Assembly (NCBI GenBank): GCA_039024635.1
Contig: JBCCQA010000017.1
Location: forward strand, 23,624-87,623
DNA length: 64,000 nt
Origin: Myxococcota bacterium
GTDB lineage: Bacteria > Myxococcota > Kuafuiibacteriia > Kuafuiibacteriales > Kuafuiibacteriaceae
Direction of reading: 5' to 3'
Of this stretch, positions 26,263-35,470 are shown piece by piece (positions within the stretch are counted from its first letter, which is position 1; every line of letters begins with the position of its first letter). The notes under the pieces are model-generated. The model worked only from the letters and a program-made list of their open reading frames with translations. It searched no databases and had not been told where the DNA came from. Both the position numbers and the translations under genes were made by a program.

Positions 26263-27525
26263 CTACGGCACCTCACGACGAATGGACAAGCATGCGGTCA
26301 CCCCTTGGCCCTGACCTAGACTGTTCAGTTTCAGCGAACCTCCATGGTCTTCGGCGATGCGAGCCGCGATGGGAAGGCCCAGTCGAAGGCGTTTCGCTCC
26401 CGCTTTTTCCACGATCGTGGGATGAAAGAGCGCTTCTATGGCCTCGGGAGCAATGCCGTCTCCGTCGTCCCTCACCACGATGGCGACTGAGTCTCGAGCC
26501 GACTCCAAGCGGATGTCGACACCGCTTCCCTGGTTGCGCTCCACCGCATCTAGCGCGTTCGTGAACAGAGTGAGGAGGGCCTGTTGGATCTCGACTGGTC
26601 GACATCGGACCCGATCGTCGAAGTCGGCTGGTTGAAAGCGGACCTCGATGCCCGGTCGAGGGGGAAGGATGGCCAAGACGGTCTCGATGCATTCGGTGAC
26701 CTCGACTCTCTCCCACTCGGCTCGATCGGGTCTCGAGAAACGCCGTAGGGTGGAAAGGCTGCTCTCCAGTCGCTCCGAGGCTTGGGATAGGCTCGACAAG
26801 GACTGCTGAATGACCCGGCACTCTCGAGCCATCTCTGTCGGAAGCTCGGCGGAGATTCGGCCAACGGCAATCTCGAGAGTCTTGGTCGAACTAACCAAGC
26901 TGCCCAAAGGAGAGTTGAGCTCGTGCAGCACGCCTGACACGAGCTGGATCAGGTCGGCGCGCCTTTCACTCAGAGCCGAACGGGCCTTCGACTCTTCGAG
27001 GACTGACATCAAGCGTTCGCGCTCAACTTCCGCCTCCATGCGCGCGGTGACATCGATGGTTATCCCAGTGATGAGCCTTTGATGTCGAGGGCCTCGGAGT
27101 CTTTCCGCCCGGGCATGGATCCAGCGAATGCCTTCGGATGCTGCTATCCGGTAGGTCTTTTCGTAGCGACCCCCGGCCAGCGTATCGGCGATGGCCGACT
27201 GAACGCTCGGCCGATCCCCCGGATGGACCTTCTCCAGGAAGTCATCCAAGCTAAGAGCCGACTTGGGCGCCATATCGAAGATCCGGAACATCGTCGGCTC
27301 CCAGGTCAGCTGACCCGTGTCGACGTCGAACAGCCAGGCCCCGACCTGGGCGGCTTCGAGAGCATCAGCCAATCGTGTCTCCCGTTCGGTCACCGCCTGG
27401 CATCTTCCCATAGGAAGCCTCATCTGGATACTTCGGGGCTCCGTTAGAGGCACGCCTTCGCGGGGGCCGGGGAGTATCTCTCTTCCAGCTTGCCGAGTCT
27501 TTGAAACTTGTGAGCTACGCGTCAC
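26263..27525 (-). CDS. PAS-domain sensor histidine kinase
   Basis: PAS (AQVGAWLFDVDTGQLTWEP..), H-box VLHELNSPLGSL, HATPase (NALDAV.., VRDDGDGI.., RLGLPIAARI). GTG 27525 is the longest start. ATG 27423 (MRLPMGR..) is an equally plausible start. Confidence 0.8.
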   Translation of the reverse strand: MTRSSQVSKTRQAGREILPGPREGVPLTEPRSIQMRLPMGRCQAVTERETRLADALEAAQVGAWLFDVDTGQLTWEPTMFRIFDMAPKSALSLDDFLEKVHPGDRPSVQSAIADTLAGGRYEKTYRIAASEGIRWIHARAERLRGPRHQRLITGITIDVTARMEAEVERERLMSVLEESKARSALSERRADLIQLVSGVLHELNSPLGSLVSSTKTLEIAVGRISAELPTEMARECRVIQQSLSSLSQASERLESSLSTLRRFSRPDRAEWERVEVTECIETVLAILPPRPGIEVRFQPADFDDRVRCRPVEIQQALLTLFTNALDAVERNQGSGVDIRLESARDSVAIVVRDDGDGIAPEAIEALFHPTIVEKAGAKRLRLGLPIAARIAEDHGGSLKLNSLGQGQGVTACLSIRREVP

Positions 27526-28268
27526 TGTCGGTGCTGAAGAAGTCCACGAAGGAACGAACCGTTGGAGAGAGGTGGCGAGTAGGAAGGTAGAGGGCGGTTA
27601 TGGGTCCTCCGCCAGTGCCGTCCCTTTCCAAGGGAAGGGCGAAGACTCGTTGTCGGTCCGGAAACATGTAGCGAACGCAAGGAAGCTCAGTGAGCGCTTC
27701 GGGTGCATTCGGAGTCTCGACTTCGGCTAGGAGCCCCGGGGCTGCAGCGGTGACCATTCGCGTGTCCATCAGATTGCGTGAGATCAGAGATCGATCGTCG
27801 AGGCGCCCGGTGCGAACGAGGACGTCGAAACCGCCTTCGACGAGATCGCTGAGGCCGTCGGTGGATACCAACACGAGATCGATCTCCGGATACCTGCGTC
27901 GAAACTCACCGAGTCGGGGTGCAATCAAGCGGTGGGCGAATACGACAGGTGCCGAGACCCGAAGTCGACCCCGTGGGGTCGAGCCCCGGTCCCGTAGGAA
28001 TGCTTCTGCAGCCGTGATTTCGGCCAGGCCGGCGCGCGCGCTCGAAGAAGGCAGCGCCGTCGTCGGTCAACGTGATGGATCTGGTGGTCCGGGCAAACAG
28101 GGCCACGCCCAGCCTCTCTTCAAGTGGGGATACGGCTTTGCTGACCGCCGAAGGTGGGCAGCCCTCCCGCCGAGCCGCTCGCGCAAAGCTGCCCGCCTCG
28201 GCCGCGGCCGCGAAGAGCTCGATATTGTGCAGGCGGTCCTCGGGAGCAGGCTGCTCGACTCGCCACAC
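27515..28268 (-). pseudogene. LysR-family regulator, frameshifted and internally shortened
   Basis: The HTH part (..DRLHNIELFAAAAEAGSFARAARREGCPPSAVSKAVSPLEERLGVALFARTTRSITLTDDGAAFFERAR) is in the frame of 27906..28349. The continuation AGLAEITAAEAFLRDRGSTPRGRLRVSAPVVFAHRLIAPRLGEFRRRYPEIDL is in the frame of 27515..27928. The switch lies inside the gcgcgcgcgc run near 28031-28041. The effector domain is also about 60 aa shorter than usual. Confidence 0.6.
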
Positions 28269-28406
28269 TTTGTCATGAATGAAGTGCTCTGGGTGTCGTA
28301 GATGAGGTCTGAGGAACTGGCTACTGTCTGGCCATGACCTACACGACAAGCATCCAAACCCATGGAACCCCTTTCATGACAGGGGCCCGTCTGGGTCGAA
28401 CGGAGG

Positions 28407-28694
28407 ATGTACATGGAGGACTTTCATCCTGGGGGTTGGGCAACCGAAGACGGTCTGGCCATGGCGGCAGCAGCGGTCGAAGCGGGTGTCGATCTTCTGG
28501 ACCCCATGTCTTTTGAGGAGATCGCACCAGGGGCAACGGTTCCATGGTCGGAGGATTTCACGAAGGCGCATGTGGGAAAGCTCAAGGAGACGCTGCCGAG
28601 TGTTCCTTTGGCGGCGAGCGCACGAACCGCTCCGGACTTCGACACGTCGCCGGCCGAGGGGCGAATTCGACGGGTCCGCAGCGACGACGGCTGA
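28407..28694 (+). pseudogene. Possible remnant of an Old-Yellow-Enzyme-type NADH:flavin oxidoreductase
   Basis: HPGGWATEDGLAMAAAAVEAGVDLLD resembles the GGW..ED....A..L.EAGVDLIDVS segment of OYE family proteins. The roughly 200-aa N-terminal part is missing and the rest is degenerate. Divergent from the decayed LysR gene. Confidence 0.3.
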
Positions 28695-28806
28695 GGCTGA
28701 ATCGGGAAGCCGTTCGAGGCCCGAATCCGCCTTGCAGTCTTCATGACCCTGGCGAGGACCAAGCGGTTGTCGTCTCGGCTCCAGCCTGTTTCCCGAACTG
28801 AGCTGC

Positions 28807-30624
28807 CTACGTAGCGCCCGGTCGAAGCACGACGGACCTGCTTTGGTCGACGTGGGGTCGCAACAAGTACGTGCCGATGAGCAAGAGCTGAAGGATGAAG
28901 GCGGGTGCCGCGTCGGCCATTCCGGTGTGCATGTGAGAAGCAGTGGCGCCGATGAGACTGATGAACAGTCCGCTCCAGGCCCACTCCTGAAGAAAGGGGA
29001 TCCAAGGTTGATGGATGGCGATGACCGCAAGCAGATAGGCGACGCCAAGGATCGTGGTCAGGTAGGGAGGAAAGCCCAGGATCTGCAAGGCGTTGCTCAT
29101 CCCACCGCTCAGGTTTGCAACACCAGCTGCAATGAACACTAGAGACAGCAAGCCCTGCATGGCCAACTGCAAGTACCGGAGTCTGGTAGGTCCTCTTTCT
29201 CTACTTCGGCGCTGCAGGACCAGATGGCCGACGATGAGCAAGCTGAGCAGGCACAGTTCGAGCATCGCATGTAGAAGGGGCCCAGGTACGAGCGGATACT
29301 TGGCCCCGAGACTGGCCGCATATAGAGAGTTTCCGTAGAACAGCTTTGTCCGACCGAGTCCGTCTTCGGCTGGACGAAGTCGACGCATCGTCGTTGGGTG
29401 CATGGCTCGCTGCTCTTCCGGAGGACCCACGTGCCGACCGAGGACGAAGCCCCGCGGCCCCAGGATTTTCTCAGCGAAGTTCTTACTCTCCTCATCCGTG
29501 ATGACGGCGGTGACCTGCATGTAGGTCGAGAGCACCCCGATGACGGATGCGATGCCGATGAGGTGCTGCACCTCTTCGCGGCTGTAGTTTCGGGTTAGCG
29601 CCTCCCGGTGCCCCTGCGTGACCCGGGACGGAATGGGCACTGCAGCCTGCAGGAAATTGAATCGCGCCTTCCGACGGGCATCGACTTCCGTGCTCCCGTC
29701 GTAGTCGTAGGCGGCAACGATTCGCTCTGGAGAGGCGTACTCCAAGTGCATGCCGAAGGCGCCGTGCGTGACGCAGTGCTTACAGTCAGCGGCCTTCTGT
29801 GCGATCACGAACATCTCCCAGACTTCATCTAGGCCAAAGGAATGGGGCTCCTCGAGCATGACGGTGTCGAGAAGCAGCATGGGCATGGAGAGGTCCAGAA
29901 CGAGAGCGGCTGACTCGAAGTAGTGTCGGTCTGACCAAGAAGCCGAGTCCTCGTCTTTGGTCTGCTGCAGGGCTTCTAGATTCGGCTCTAAGCCTGGATG
30001 AGCGAGTGTGCTGTCCTGGTCCACGAACCCCGTTCCGTACAGAACCAAGAACATGTTGAAGTAGGCGTTGAGCGTGGCCAGCTCGGCCACTTCCTGGTGG
30101 CTGTAGTAGCGGCGCAACGTGTCGACGTCGTTGGCGTTGACTCTGGTCGGTAGGACGGCCGACCTCTGGACGTAGACCATCGTCGCTCTCTGCTTCGGGT
30201 CGAGCGCCCCATCATCCAGTCGGTACAGAGCATCGATTTCGGGACCCGTCATTCCGAGGCGAACGAGCTCCTTCTGAGCAATCGCCTCCAGCTGCTGGCA
30301 CTGCGCCGCCAGCGCACTGTGGAGCAGCATCTGCCAAACTTCCAGCTCCGAAAAAGACGTCGAGCTCCAGAGGATATCGTCCAGCGCGTCGATGTGCACC
30401 AGATAGTTCGCGTAGTCCGGCAAGACCTGGTGATAAGCCTCTCGAACGGGGCTGGCGTGAGCCTTTGGGGACGAGGCGAGGATGTGGACTGCAAGTAGAA
30501 CTGCGCCCGTCTTTCCACGGCCGCTGCGTATGGCTCGTAAGTTCACCCTGGCACGATCTCGTTCGCTCGAAGGCGAGGTCAAGCGTACGCCAGAGCGCGG
30601 AGCTTCGACCATGAACCTCTCCAT
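28807..30624 (-). CDS. Tandem AhpD/carboxymuconolactone-decarboxylase-like domains fused to a C-terminal DoxX-like membrane domain
   Basis: ORF 28807..30777. ATG 30624 (MERFMVEAP..) preferred. Two CMD-like repeats, the second carrying CKHCVTH (C-x-x-C-x-x-H). The C-terminal about 130 aa has 3-4 TM helices (LSLVFIAAGVANL.., ILGVAYLLAVIAI.., GLFISLIGATASHMH) like DoxX. Confidence 0.6.
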   Translation of the reverse strand: MERFMVEAPRSGVRLTSPSSERDRARVNLRAIRSGRGKTGAVLLAVHILASSPKAHASPVREAYHQVLPDYANYLVHIDALDDILWSSTSFSELEVWQMLLHSALAAQCQQLEAIAQKELVRLGMTGPEIDALYRLDDGALDPKQRATMVYVQRSAVLPTRVNANDVDTLRRYYSHQEVAELATLNAYFNMFLVLYGTGFVDQDSTLAHPGLEPNLEALQQTKDEDSASWSDRHYFESAALVLDLSMPMLLLDTVMLEEPHSFGLDEVWEMFVIAQKAADCKHCVTHGAFGMHLEYASPERIVAAYDYDGSTEVDARRKARFNFLQAAVPIPSRVTQGHREALTRNYSREEVQHLIGIASVIGVLSTYMQVTAVITDEESKNFAEKILGPRGFVLGRHVGPPEEQRAMHPTTMRRLRPAEDGLGRTKLFYGNSLYAASLGAKYPLVPGPLLHAMLELCLLSLLIVGHLVLQRRSRERGPTRLRYLQLAMQGLLSLVFIAAGVANLSGGMSNALQILGFPPYLTTILGVAYLLAVIAIHQPWIPFLQEWAWSGLFISLIGATASHMHTGMADAAPAFILQLLLIGTYLLRPHVDQSRSVVLRPGAT

Positions 30625-30795
30625 GAGTCTGGACCGTCCGAACGAGCGGACCGGACACTTGACGTCACCGATAGTCGCGAATGGGTATGGACTCGGATGT
30701 TGGATTGGGTTCCGACGTGCTGCAGTCCGTGAGTGCGGACGCGCAGAGGAAGCGGTGGTTTTCGAGCGGAGGCCCACTGGAGGTGGGGCGATGCT

Positions 30796-31407
30796 TCAGT
30801 CGTTCATGTCGATCACGGCCAGCCACCGCTTGGTGGTGCTCTGGGGCCCAGACTGGATCTGCCATTCAAGTCTTCGGGCCAGCTGTTCGACTTGGGACAG
30901 GCCAAGGCCAGGGCTCCGCAAGGGCCGGCTGTCGGGAAGCGGATTTGTAATGGTGAGCGTCTGACGATCGCACTTCGCCACCACGGCGCCCTGGCAGGCT
31001 CTGACCTTGGCTTCGTGGGCGTTCGCGGTGAGGTTCGTCAGGAGGACGACCGCTTCCGACCCCACGTTGCGGCAGCCGGGGCATTCGGGGTCGCAGTGCA
31101 GTCGGTCCACTTGACGGCTGAGAACCTTGTCCAGTCGGGACGTGCCTCGGATGAGAGTCTGACCGCCAACGCGAATGTTGCTCGCCAGTTCGGCCAGCTC
31201 AGGATCGACGTCGCCCAATCGGGAAAGGCGCGTTTGCAGGGAGGCCACGTCCAAGAGGAGAGACAGGGCTCGGTTGTTCCAATCGTGCTGCTCGGCTCGA
31301 CGGAGTTGCTGAAGGCGCCCTCGATCCCGGCGCCACAAGACCAGGCTTGCCACGACGCAGGTCCCCGCTCCACAGCTCAGCAGCGCCAGGAGCAGAAGGG
31401 AACCCAT
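30796..31407 (-). CDS. Minimal membrane-anchored histidine-kinase-like protein (LytS/His_kinase-type H-box plus short HATPase)
   Basis: N-terminal TM MGSLLLLALLSCGAGTCVVASLVLW. AEQHDWNNRALSLLLDV resembles the PHFLFNxLN H-box. GLGLSQVEQLARRLEW resembles the G2 box. Confidence 0.4.
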   Translation of the reverse strand: MGSLLLLALLSCGAGTCVVASLVLWRRDRGRLQQLRRAEQHDWNNRALSLLLDVASLQTRLSRLGDVDPELAELASNIRVGGQTLIRGTSRLDKVLSRQVDRLHCDPECPGCRNVGSEAVVLLTNLTANAHEAKVRACQGAVVAKCDRQTLTITNPLPDSRPLRSPGLGLSQVEQLARRLEWQIQSGPQSTTKRWLAVIDMND

Positions 31408-31555
31408 GCTAGCTGCATGCGTCGTCGACCTCAGCTGCGCAAGTGGTCCCTCCTAAAACCGAGAACACGACCCAAGAAAGCTCATGAGGGGCCCCTCAGG
31501 AGTGTTCAAAGTCTGTCCTCGGGGCTAGGAAACGAAGGAGGACGGGTAGGCTTGG

Positions 31556-34303
31556 TTGCTTTGCTGGACTCGGTCGACTGTTTCGATGGGGGGCCCCGGA
31601 TTGATCTCTGACGAAGAGCATCGGCTGCTTGGTCTCTACCTGCGCGGTGAGCTGTCCCCTACTGCGGAACGGCGCTTCGCGGAGAGAGTCGCCAGCAGCG
31701 AGGAGCTTCAATCGCTCCTCTCCGATCTAGCGGTGCTCGAGGCGTATAGATCTGATCGCTCGGGGGGCGCCATCGGGGGAAGGGGTGGTCTCCGGCCCTG
31801 GCATGTCTTCGCGGCGGCCAGTCTGGTCTTCGTCACTGCTGCTCTCTTCGTGGTGCTGCGTTTGGCGTCGGCCCCACCGCCCGATGCAGGCTTGGACGGA
31901 CGACTCGCCCTCGGACTCGGCTTCGGGACGGAGCCTCTGCCGTCGCCGGCTCGGCCTCAGCCTGAAGCCGCCTGGCTCGATACGGCTTCCGAGCCCGTTC
32001 TGGCCTTGAGAGCGCTCATGGCCACTGGGCAACGAGGGAAGGCCCACCGTCGGGCGCTCGCCGAGGCAAGAGACGAGCGCGCTCTCAACATCTGGAACTT
32101 GGCCGTGGTGCAAGAAGCGCTCAGTCTGGAGGCCGTAGCAGCCCAAAGCTTCGAGAAGGCCGCCGCGACCGAAGCAGACGCAGAGTACGCTCGCCAGGCT
32201 CGGTCCAGGGCCCGCTGGTTGGAGGATGGCGTCGAAGCGTCTCGCGTAGCCCATGAGCGGGCGCGCCTGGCCGGACGAGCGCTCATCGTCGATGGGACAC
32301 CTTTTCCTCCGGCCTTGGGTCGGAGTCTTCCTGGACTCCTTCGGCTCTACCTCTACGATGCGCTTCGCGCCGCACGAACGCCTCTCGAAGTCGAAGGCCT
32401 GGAGGTCAGCATCGACCTGCTGCCCCCCGAGCAAGTCGAGACCCTTCGTCGAGAACGGGACGCCACCCTGATGCTCCTGCGGAAGCCGGATTACCTCCTG
32501 CTCGCGGAGCGCTATCGCGCGAGCTTCGAATCATCTTCGGCCGAGGCTCTCATGGCCCTCTCGAAGAAGGCCGAGGCTCTTGGCGCCTACAGCATGGCCC
32601 TTGGTGCCCTGGTTCGTTCTCGTCAGGCGGCTCCCTTGCCCGATGCGGTGGCTCGCTACACCCGGGAACGTGAAGACCGTTGGCTCGAGGTCCTGGGCTG
32701 GAAGGTCGCGCTGAAGCGGGACTTTTTCGATGGAGAGCTCGAGAATCACTGGGACGAGTACTTCGCGATCGTCGACCGAGCACAGTCGCTTTTTCGGAGA
32801 GCTGACCTCGGTTTGTGGGTGGCCTACTACGCCCTCCGACTACGTCGACTGGACCTGGCCCGGGAGCTCGTTCAGCGGCTCGCCGATGACTCGAGTCGGA
32901 TGTCTCTAACTCGTCTTAGGCTGTATCTGCAGCTGCAGGCCAAGGTAAGCCTGGCCGACGGACGCTTCCCAGAAACCAGGGACTTCGCACAAGAGGCGAT
33001 CGAGCGCTCGGACTCTTGCGCTACGAAGATGGTCGCTCGCGACGCCATCGCAAGTACCGCCGTCTTTCAAGGAGACTTGTCCGGGATGTTCGAAGTCCTG
33101 CAGCAGGCCGCATCAGAGGGCTGTGAGCAGCCTTTGAGCTTCGAGCTTCTGTCCGAAGTGAGGAGGCGCGCGCCCAAGCCCTCGTCGCCGGAGCTGAGGG
33201 CGTGGTGGACAGAGGCCCTAAGGCAGCGGATGACGGAGTCCGGCCTGTCGGTCGCCGAGCGGGCGGGCTTCGAACTCGAGGAGAAGCTATTCGGCCTACA
33301 GGGAGGTGAAAGCGACCCTGACGAGGTCTTGAAGGCGATTCTGTCCTTTCCCGAGGGAGTGGACCGACAGCTCGATCGAGAAGCCCGACTGGAAACGGCG
33401 CGTGTGTTGCTGGTGAATGCGCTCCAAGAGAACGAGCCGACCCGGGGCGCATCGATGGCGGCCGCGGCTCTTCGCATCGAACTCGAGCCCTGCTTGGTGT
33501 TCGTGGATCCGAGTCTGTCGGTGAAGGTGGCCATGGGACGAAAGCTCGTGCCCAAGCTGTTCGAGACCTGGAAAGAGGTCGGGACCGCGCTCGAAGGCTG
33601 CGAAGAGCTTCGCGTCGTTCCACTATCCGATGCGCTCGACCTCCCGCCGGACGCCTTTAGGCTGGCCTGGAGCATCCTGGCTCTTCGGGGCCAGCCCCCA
33701 AAGAAGGTTGGGATGCGAGGCCTTCGGCTGTCCATCGTCAATCCGGCCCCTCCTTTGAACGCCCGCCTGGCGGCCTTGCCTCCCTTCGTGACGCCAGGCG
33801 GAGAGCGGGCGGTCGTTCTGTCGGGGGTGAGTGCGACGCCAAGCTCCGCTCTCGTCAAGTTGCCCGAGGCGTCGGTGATCGAGGTCTTTGCCCACGGCGT
33901 AGACGACGGCTCGGGCATGGACCGGACCAGCATCGCCCTCTCACCCGATCCGGGCGGAGACTATCGACTGGACGCGTCTGAGCTCCTTCAGAAGAGGCTT
34001 CGAGGAGATGCCGCCGTTTTCCTGGCCGTTTGTCAGAGCGCGCGGGTAGGCGCACCGGGCGTGCAGAATGTGGCCTTGCCCCAGGCTTTCGCATGGGCCG
34101 GTGCGCAGCACGTCGTGGCAGCACTGGGTCCGATACCGGTGAACGAGGGCGCCGAGCTCTTTCGTGAATTGACGGACGCAGTGGAGAGCGGCCAGTCACC
34201 CAGCCGGGCTCTGCATCGCATCAAGTCGGCGGAAGGTGGGCCCACCCCTCGCTGGCTTCAGGATGTCGTGGTCTTCTCGACCCAGGACGCCGGCCTGCCT
34301 TGA
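31556..34303 (+). CDS. CHAT-domain protein with anti-sigma-like N-terminus, one TM segment and helical-repeat middle region
   Basis: C-terminal CHAT signature: VIEVFAHGVDD (His) .. AAVFLAVCQSARVG (Cys) .. AFAWAGAQHVVAALGPIPVNEGAELF. N-terminus SDEEHRLLGLYLRGELSPTAERRFAERV resembles the start of anti-sigma factors but has no zinc Cys. TM WHVFAAASLVFVTAALFVVL. TTG 31556 follows GAAGGAGGA. ATG 31586 is an alternative start. Confidence 0.75.
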   Translation: MLCWTRSTVSMGGPGLISDEEHRLLGLYLRGELSPTAERRFAERVASSEELQSLLSDLAVLEAYRSDRSGGAIGGRGGLRPWHVFAAASLVFVTAALFVVLRLASAPPPDAGLDGRLALGLGFGTEPLPSPARPQPEAAWLDTASEPVLALRALMATGQRGKAHRRALAEARDERALNIWNLAVVQEALSLEAVAAQSFEKAAATEADAEYARQARSRARWLEDGVEASRVAHERARLAGRALIVDGTPFPPALGRSLPGLLRLYLYDALRAARTPLEVEGLEVSIDLLPPEQVETLRRERDATLMLLRKPDYLLLAERYRASFESSSAEALMALSKKAEALGAYSMALGALVRSRQAAPLPDAVARYTREREDRWLEVLGWKVALKRDFFDGELENHWDEYFAIVDRAQSLFRRADLGLWVAYYALRLRRLDLARELVQRLADDSSRMSLTRLRLYLQLQAKVSLADGRFPETRDFAQEAIERSDSCATKMVARDAIASTAVFQGDLSGMFEVLQQAASEGCEQPLSFELLSEVRRRAPKPSSPELRAWWTEALRQRMTESGLSVAERAGFELEEKLFGLQGGESDPDEVLKAILSFPEGVDRQLDREARLETARVLLVNALQENEPTRGASMAAAALRIELEPCLVFVDPSLSVKVAMGRKLVPKLFETWKEVGTALEGCEELRVVPLSDALDLPPDAFRLAWSILALRGQPPKKVGMRGLRLSIVNPAPPLNARLAALPPFVTPGGERAVVLSGVSATPSSALVKLPEASVIEVFAHGVDDGSGMDRTSIALSPDPGGDYRLDASELLQKRLRGDAAVFLAVCQSARVGAPGVQNVALPQAFAWAGAQHVVAALGPIPVNEGAELFRELTDAVESGQSPSRALHRIKSAEGGPTPRWLQDVVVFSTQDAGLP

Positions 34304-34324
34304 AGTAGGACGGCGGAGAGGGAC

Positions 34325-35287
34325 TCAGACCACCTGACGGGGGCGAGCGCTTTCGGTGATGCGCGCTTCGAGGTAGGCCACGACGCGGTCGAAGGGGTCG
34401 AAGCCGAAGGACTGAGCGATGGCCGGGCGCAGATTCGAGTTCGCGTTCATGTCGTAGAACACCGGCCGGCCGTCGACCTCGGCGTACTCGATACCCGCTA
34501 CGTCCAGTCCCCCGGCCTCGGCGAGGCTCAGGGCGTCCCGAACCGCCCCTTGGGGAACCTCGGGATAGGGGTAGAATTCGACCTTGGGGCCCTGGGTGAT
34601 GCTGCAGGCGCCCGCTTCTCCGTCGCTGGGGTTACAGACCTCGGCCGGGCAGAGGTTGAAGGCGCCGTGGCTGACGACCCGCATGGCGTAGAGCAGCTGC
34701 CCCCCCAAGAGCTCTAGGCGAACGATGCCCTGGGCGGGATCGTAGTCGAGTTTCTCCTGGAGGAGGAGCACCGGGTCCGGCGTCCAGAGCGCCGGGTCCT
34801 CAACCGCCTCCTCGAGTGCGTCGATGCCGTCGACCTCGACCATCCGAGCGCCGCTCCCCCCCTGGTCGGGCTTGAGCAAGGCAGGGAAGGGGAAAGACTC
34901 GGACTGCAGTCGCTGGATGAGGGCGCCCACCTCGTCGAACACCAGCGTCCGCGGAGCGGCCACGCCCAGGCGGGTCATCAGGGCTATCTGTGCCGACTTC
35001 GAAAGCTCCAGCGAGAAGGCCTGGTGACCGTTCACGACCGGAACGCCCGCGGCTTCATAGGTGCGCAGGAGCGTCGCCGCGAAGGGAACGGCTCGGTCGT
35101 GACCGCGCACGTAGGCGCTGGGGCTGGCTTGGTTGAACACCAAGCGGGCGTCGGGCAGTTCCCGAGGGTCGAAGGCCCCCTGGCTCAGGTCCAAGGCATC
35201 GTAGGATAGGCCCCCTCGTTCCAGGGCCGAGAACAGGGGTTTTTGCCATTCCGGGTGCTCGAAGAGCACCAGCACGTCCACGGCCAC
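34325..35287 (-). CDS. ATP-grasp domain protein (RimK/glutathione-synthetase-like ligase)
   Basis: 320 aa. FPFPALLKPDQGGSGARMVEV, ..LLLQEKLDY.., ..DVAGIEYAEVDGRPVFYDMNANS, typical of the ATP-grasp fold. Confidence 0.7.
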   Translation of the reverse strand: MAVDVLVLFEHPEWQKPLFSALERGGLSYDALDLSQGAFDPRELPDARLVFNQASPSAYVRGHDRAVPFAATLLRTYEAAGVPVVNGHQAFSLELSKSAQIALMTRLGVAAPRTLVFDEVGALIQRLQSESFPFPALLKPDQGGSGARMVEVDGIDALEEAVEDPALWTPDPVLLLQEKLDYDPAQGIVRLELLGGQLLYAMRVVSHGAFNLCPAEVCNPSDGEAGACSITQGPKVEFYPYPEVPQGAVRDALSLAEAGGLDVAGIEYAEVDGRPVFYDMNANSNLRPAIAQSFGFDPFDRVVAYLEARITESARPRQVV

Positions 35288-35470
35288 GAGCTAGGGACTC
35301 ACGGACCGAACGCGCGTGCAACGATTACCGTTCGGACGGGCGGGCAGGCGGTGTGTCCCTCCGTTCGGCCTGGTGCAGGGATGTGACGCTTCTCGGCCAG
35401 CGGCCCCTTGGACTAAGGCTGAAACAGGGACCGGGATGACGGATCTCAGGATCTACATGCGCATGACCGA

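Noticed and set aside
28374-29048. 224-aa and 193-aa minus-strand ORFs in the gap between the LysR remnant and the CMD-DoxX gene.
   Set aside because: They are Ser/Pro/Arg-rich with no motifs. They overlap the 3' end of the DoxX-fusion gene in another frame and lie antisense to the OYE-like remnant.
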